DNA of 64,000 nucleotides from Mollicutes bacterium (GTDB lineage Bacteria; Bacillota_I; Bacilli_A; RFN20; CAG-826): NCBI GenBank assembly GCA_022780025.1, contig JALEXS010000031.1, positions 2,003 to 66,002 of the forward strand, read 5' to 3'. Shown piece by piece: positions 63,120 to 64,000 of this stretch (position 1 is its first letter; each line of letters starts with the position of its first letter). The notes under the pieces were generated by a model. It saw only the letters and a program-made list of their open reading frames with translations, ran no database searches and was not told where the DNA came from. The position numbers and the translations under genes were made by a program.

Positions 63120-64000
63120 TAAAAATATGACATTATTCGTTCATAAAGCCGAGAAATAAAATCATACGTTACTTCAGTGCCACTAGCAATTATTCCTGCT
63201 ATCAATCTAAGTGCTATTTTAGAGTTTAAATCAATTTCATTTTTTCCCATATTACCGGTCACACCTGAAGCAGCAGAAGCTATTCCAGCTAAAACATTTA
63301 AATTCCCCATAATCATTGAGTCTAAAGTTATACGCTTTAAATCGATTTCTTCGTTATCTATTGCAGAAGATGCTATTGAGCCTAAAAAATTCCCCAAAAA
63401 TCCTCCAGAAAAAGAAACAGCTAAGCTTTTCATCAGAAAGCCAATAAGAGCAAAATTTGTAGTTTCTGTTGCTTTAATAAGTAATGTACCACCTATACCA
63501 GCACCACCTGCACAAATCGTTCCCGATATCAAGCCACCAAACCACCCAGCAGCAAAAGAGCCATTATTAGACATTTTTACATAGCCATTAATTAGCGAAC
63601 CAGCGCCGCCACTTAATAACATACCTCCAAAAATTCCACCAACTCCAGTAGCGCACAAAATAATACCACTAATAATTGAAATAGAAGACAAAATAGTCAA
63701 TGCAGTTTGAATCCAATCATGTCCTGAAAAATCACATCTATTAATATAATCGTTACTGCAATAAGCAAATAGATTTAATTTATTTATATTTTCAGTGTTT
63801 AAATAATCTACATTATCAGCACTTATAAATCTACCTACTTCAGGATCATAATATCTTGAAATCAAATAATAGAAATGAGTTTCTTCATCATAATAATATC
63901 CTTTATATCTAAATGGGTTAATCTTTCCTATTGTATTAGCGTCAGATCCTGTAATCGATATTAATTTTCCAAAAGCATCGAGATTATATTTAACTATTAA
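63119..64000 (-). CDS. C-terminal end of a full-length RHS/YD-repeat protein (5' part beyond the window) with a glycine-zipper-like membrane toxin tip
   Basis: The frame is open to nt 64000, and the track 'M' at 63865 is an internal TTG/Leu. It reads ...LIVKYNLDAFGKLISITGSDANTIGKINPFRYKGYYYDEETHFYYLISRYYDPEVGRFISADN...NRCDFSGHDW. An about 190-aa Gly/Ala/Ile-rich hydrophobic domain follows (GVGGIFGGMLLSGGAGSLING...GGLISGTICAGGAGIGG...). Confidence 0.8.
   Translation of the reverse strand, partial: LIVKYNLDAFGKLISITGSDANTIGKINPFRYKGYYYDEETHFYYLISRYYDPEVGRFISADNVDYLNTENINKLNLFAYCSNDYINRCDFSGHDWIQTALTILSSISIISGIILCATGVGGIFGGMLLSGGAGSLINGYVKMSNNGSFAAGWFGGLISGTICAGGAGIGGTLLIKATETTNFALIGFLMKSLAVSFSGGFLGNFLGSIASSAIDNEEIDLKRITLDSMIMGNLNVLAGIASAASGVTGNMGKNEIDLNSKIALRLIAGIIASGTEVTYDFISRLYERIMSYF

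Noticed and set aside
63177-63584. 135-aa + ORF opposite the RHS toxin tip
   Set aside because: It is the antisense of the Gly/Ala-rich toxin domain; Gly codons read backwards give a Pro/Ala-rich artefact. The minus-strand frame is continuous with the RHS core.
1-64000. Searched by eye for CRISPR arrays, tRNA/rRNA genes, IS elements/transposases, integrases, phage genes and classical defence genes (restriction-modification, Cas, abortive infection).
   Set aside because: I found no regularly spaced direct repeats, no GC-rich structured RNA islands, and no DDE, tyrosine or serine recombinase motifs in any ORF. The only conflict-system content recognised is the RHS toxin/immunity array.

Overview
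Strongly AT-rich, gene-dense segment with about 50 credible CDS, probably chromosomal, from a low-GC monoderm bacterium (Bacillota or Mollicutes-like). The standard genetic code applies: TGA is a stop, for example in the ATGA overlap at 19448-19451. Twelve proteins start with a signal peptide plus lipobox Cys, so they are called lipoproteins. I recognised no rRNA, tRNA, CRISPR array, transposase or integrase. All function calls come from reading motifs by eye; no searches were run.

Left to right:
(1) A truncated NfnA/PyrK-like oxidoreductase and a DUF1275 membrane protein.
(2) 1615-8332: a four-gene operon encoding only lipoproteins of unrecognised families.
(3) 8334-32376: a 24-kb run of 15 minus-strand genes forming a Gram-positive-type polysaccharide utilisation locus. 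It has an LplABC-type ABC importer without an ATPase, three large surface lipoproteins (two paralogous beta-helix proteins), GH127-like and GH78-like enzymes, and an embedded PocR-AraC regulator. It also carries an isomerase, kinase, mutarotase-like and class II aldolase cassette for an unidentified sugar, a flavoprotein, and a domain-permuted GH3.
(4) 33358-39498: a rhaA-rhaD operon fused to an orphan MsmX/MalK-type ATPase and an RDD membrane protein, with a divergent DeoR regulator.
(5) 39719-59752: a mannoside-type locus. It has a 1105-aa repeat lipoprotein, an ABC importer, three paralogues of a GxGYxYP-like putative glycosidase family, ManA, a second insertion-bearing ATPase, LacI, GH38 alpha-mannosidase and a HAD hydrolase. 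A shared operator-like motif sits in front of its transcription units.
(6) 59874-64000: an RHS/YD-repeat polymorphic-toxin array running off the window. It holds a main C-terminal toxin plus immunity gene, a stub, a split immunity gene, and a decayed orphan RHS module plus immunity gene. The toxin tips are glycine-zipper-like and membrane-embedded.

The best candidates for undescribed biology are the GxGYxYP-centred mannoside locus, the RHS membrane-toxin array, the all-lipoprotein operon and the unassigned beta-helix paralogues.
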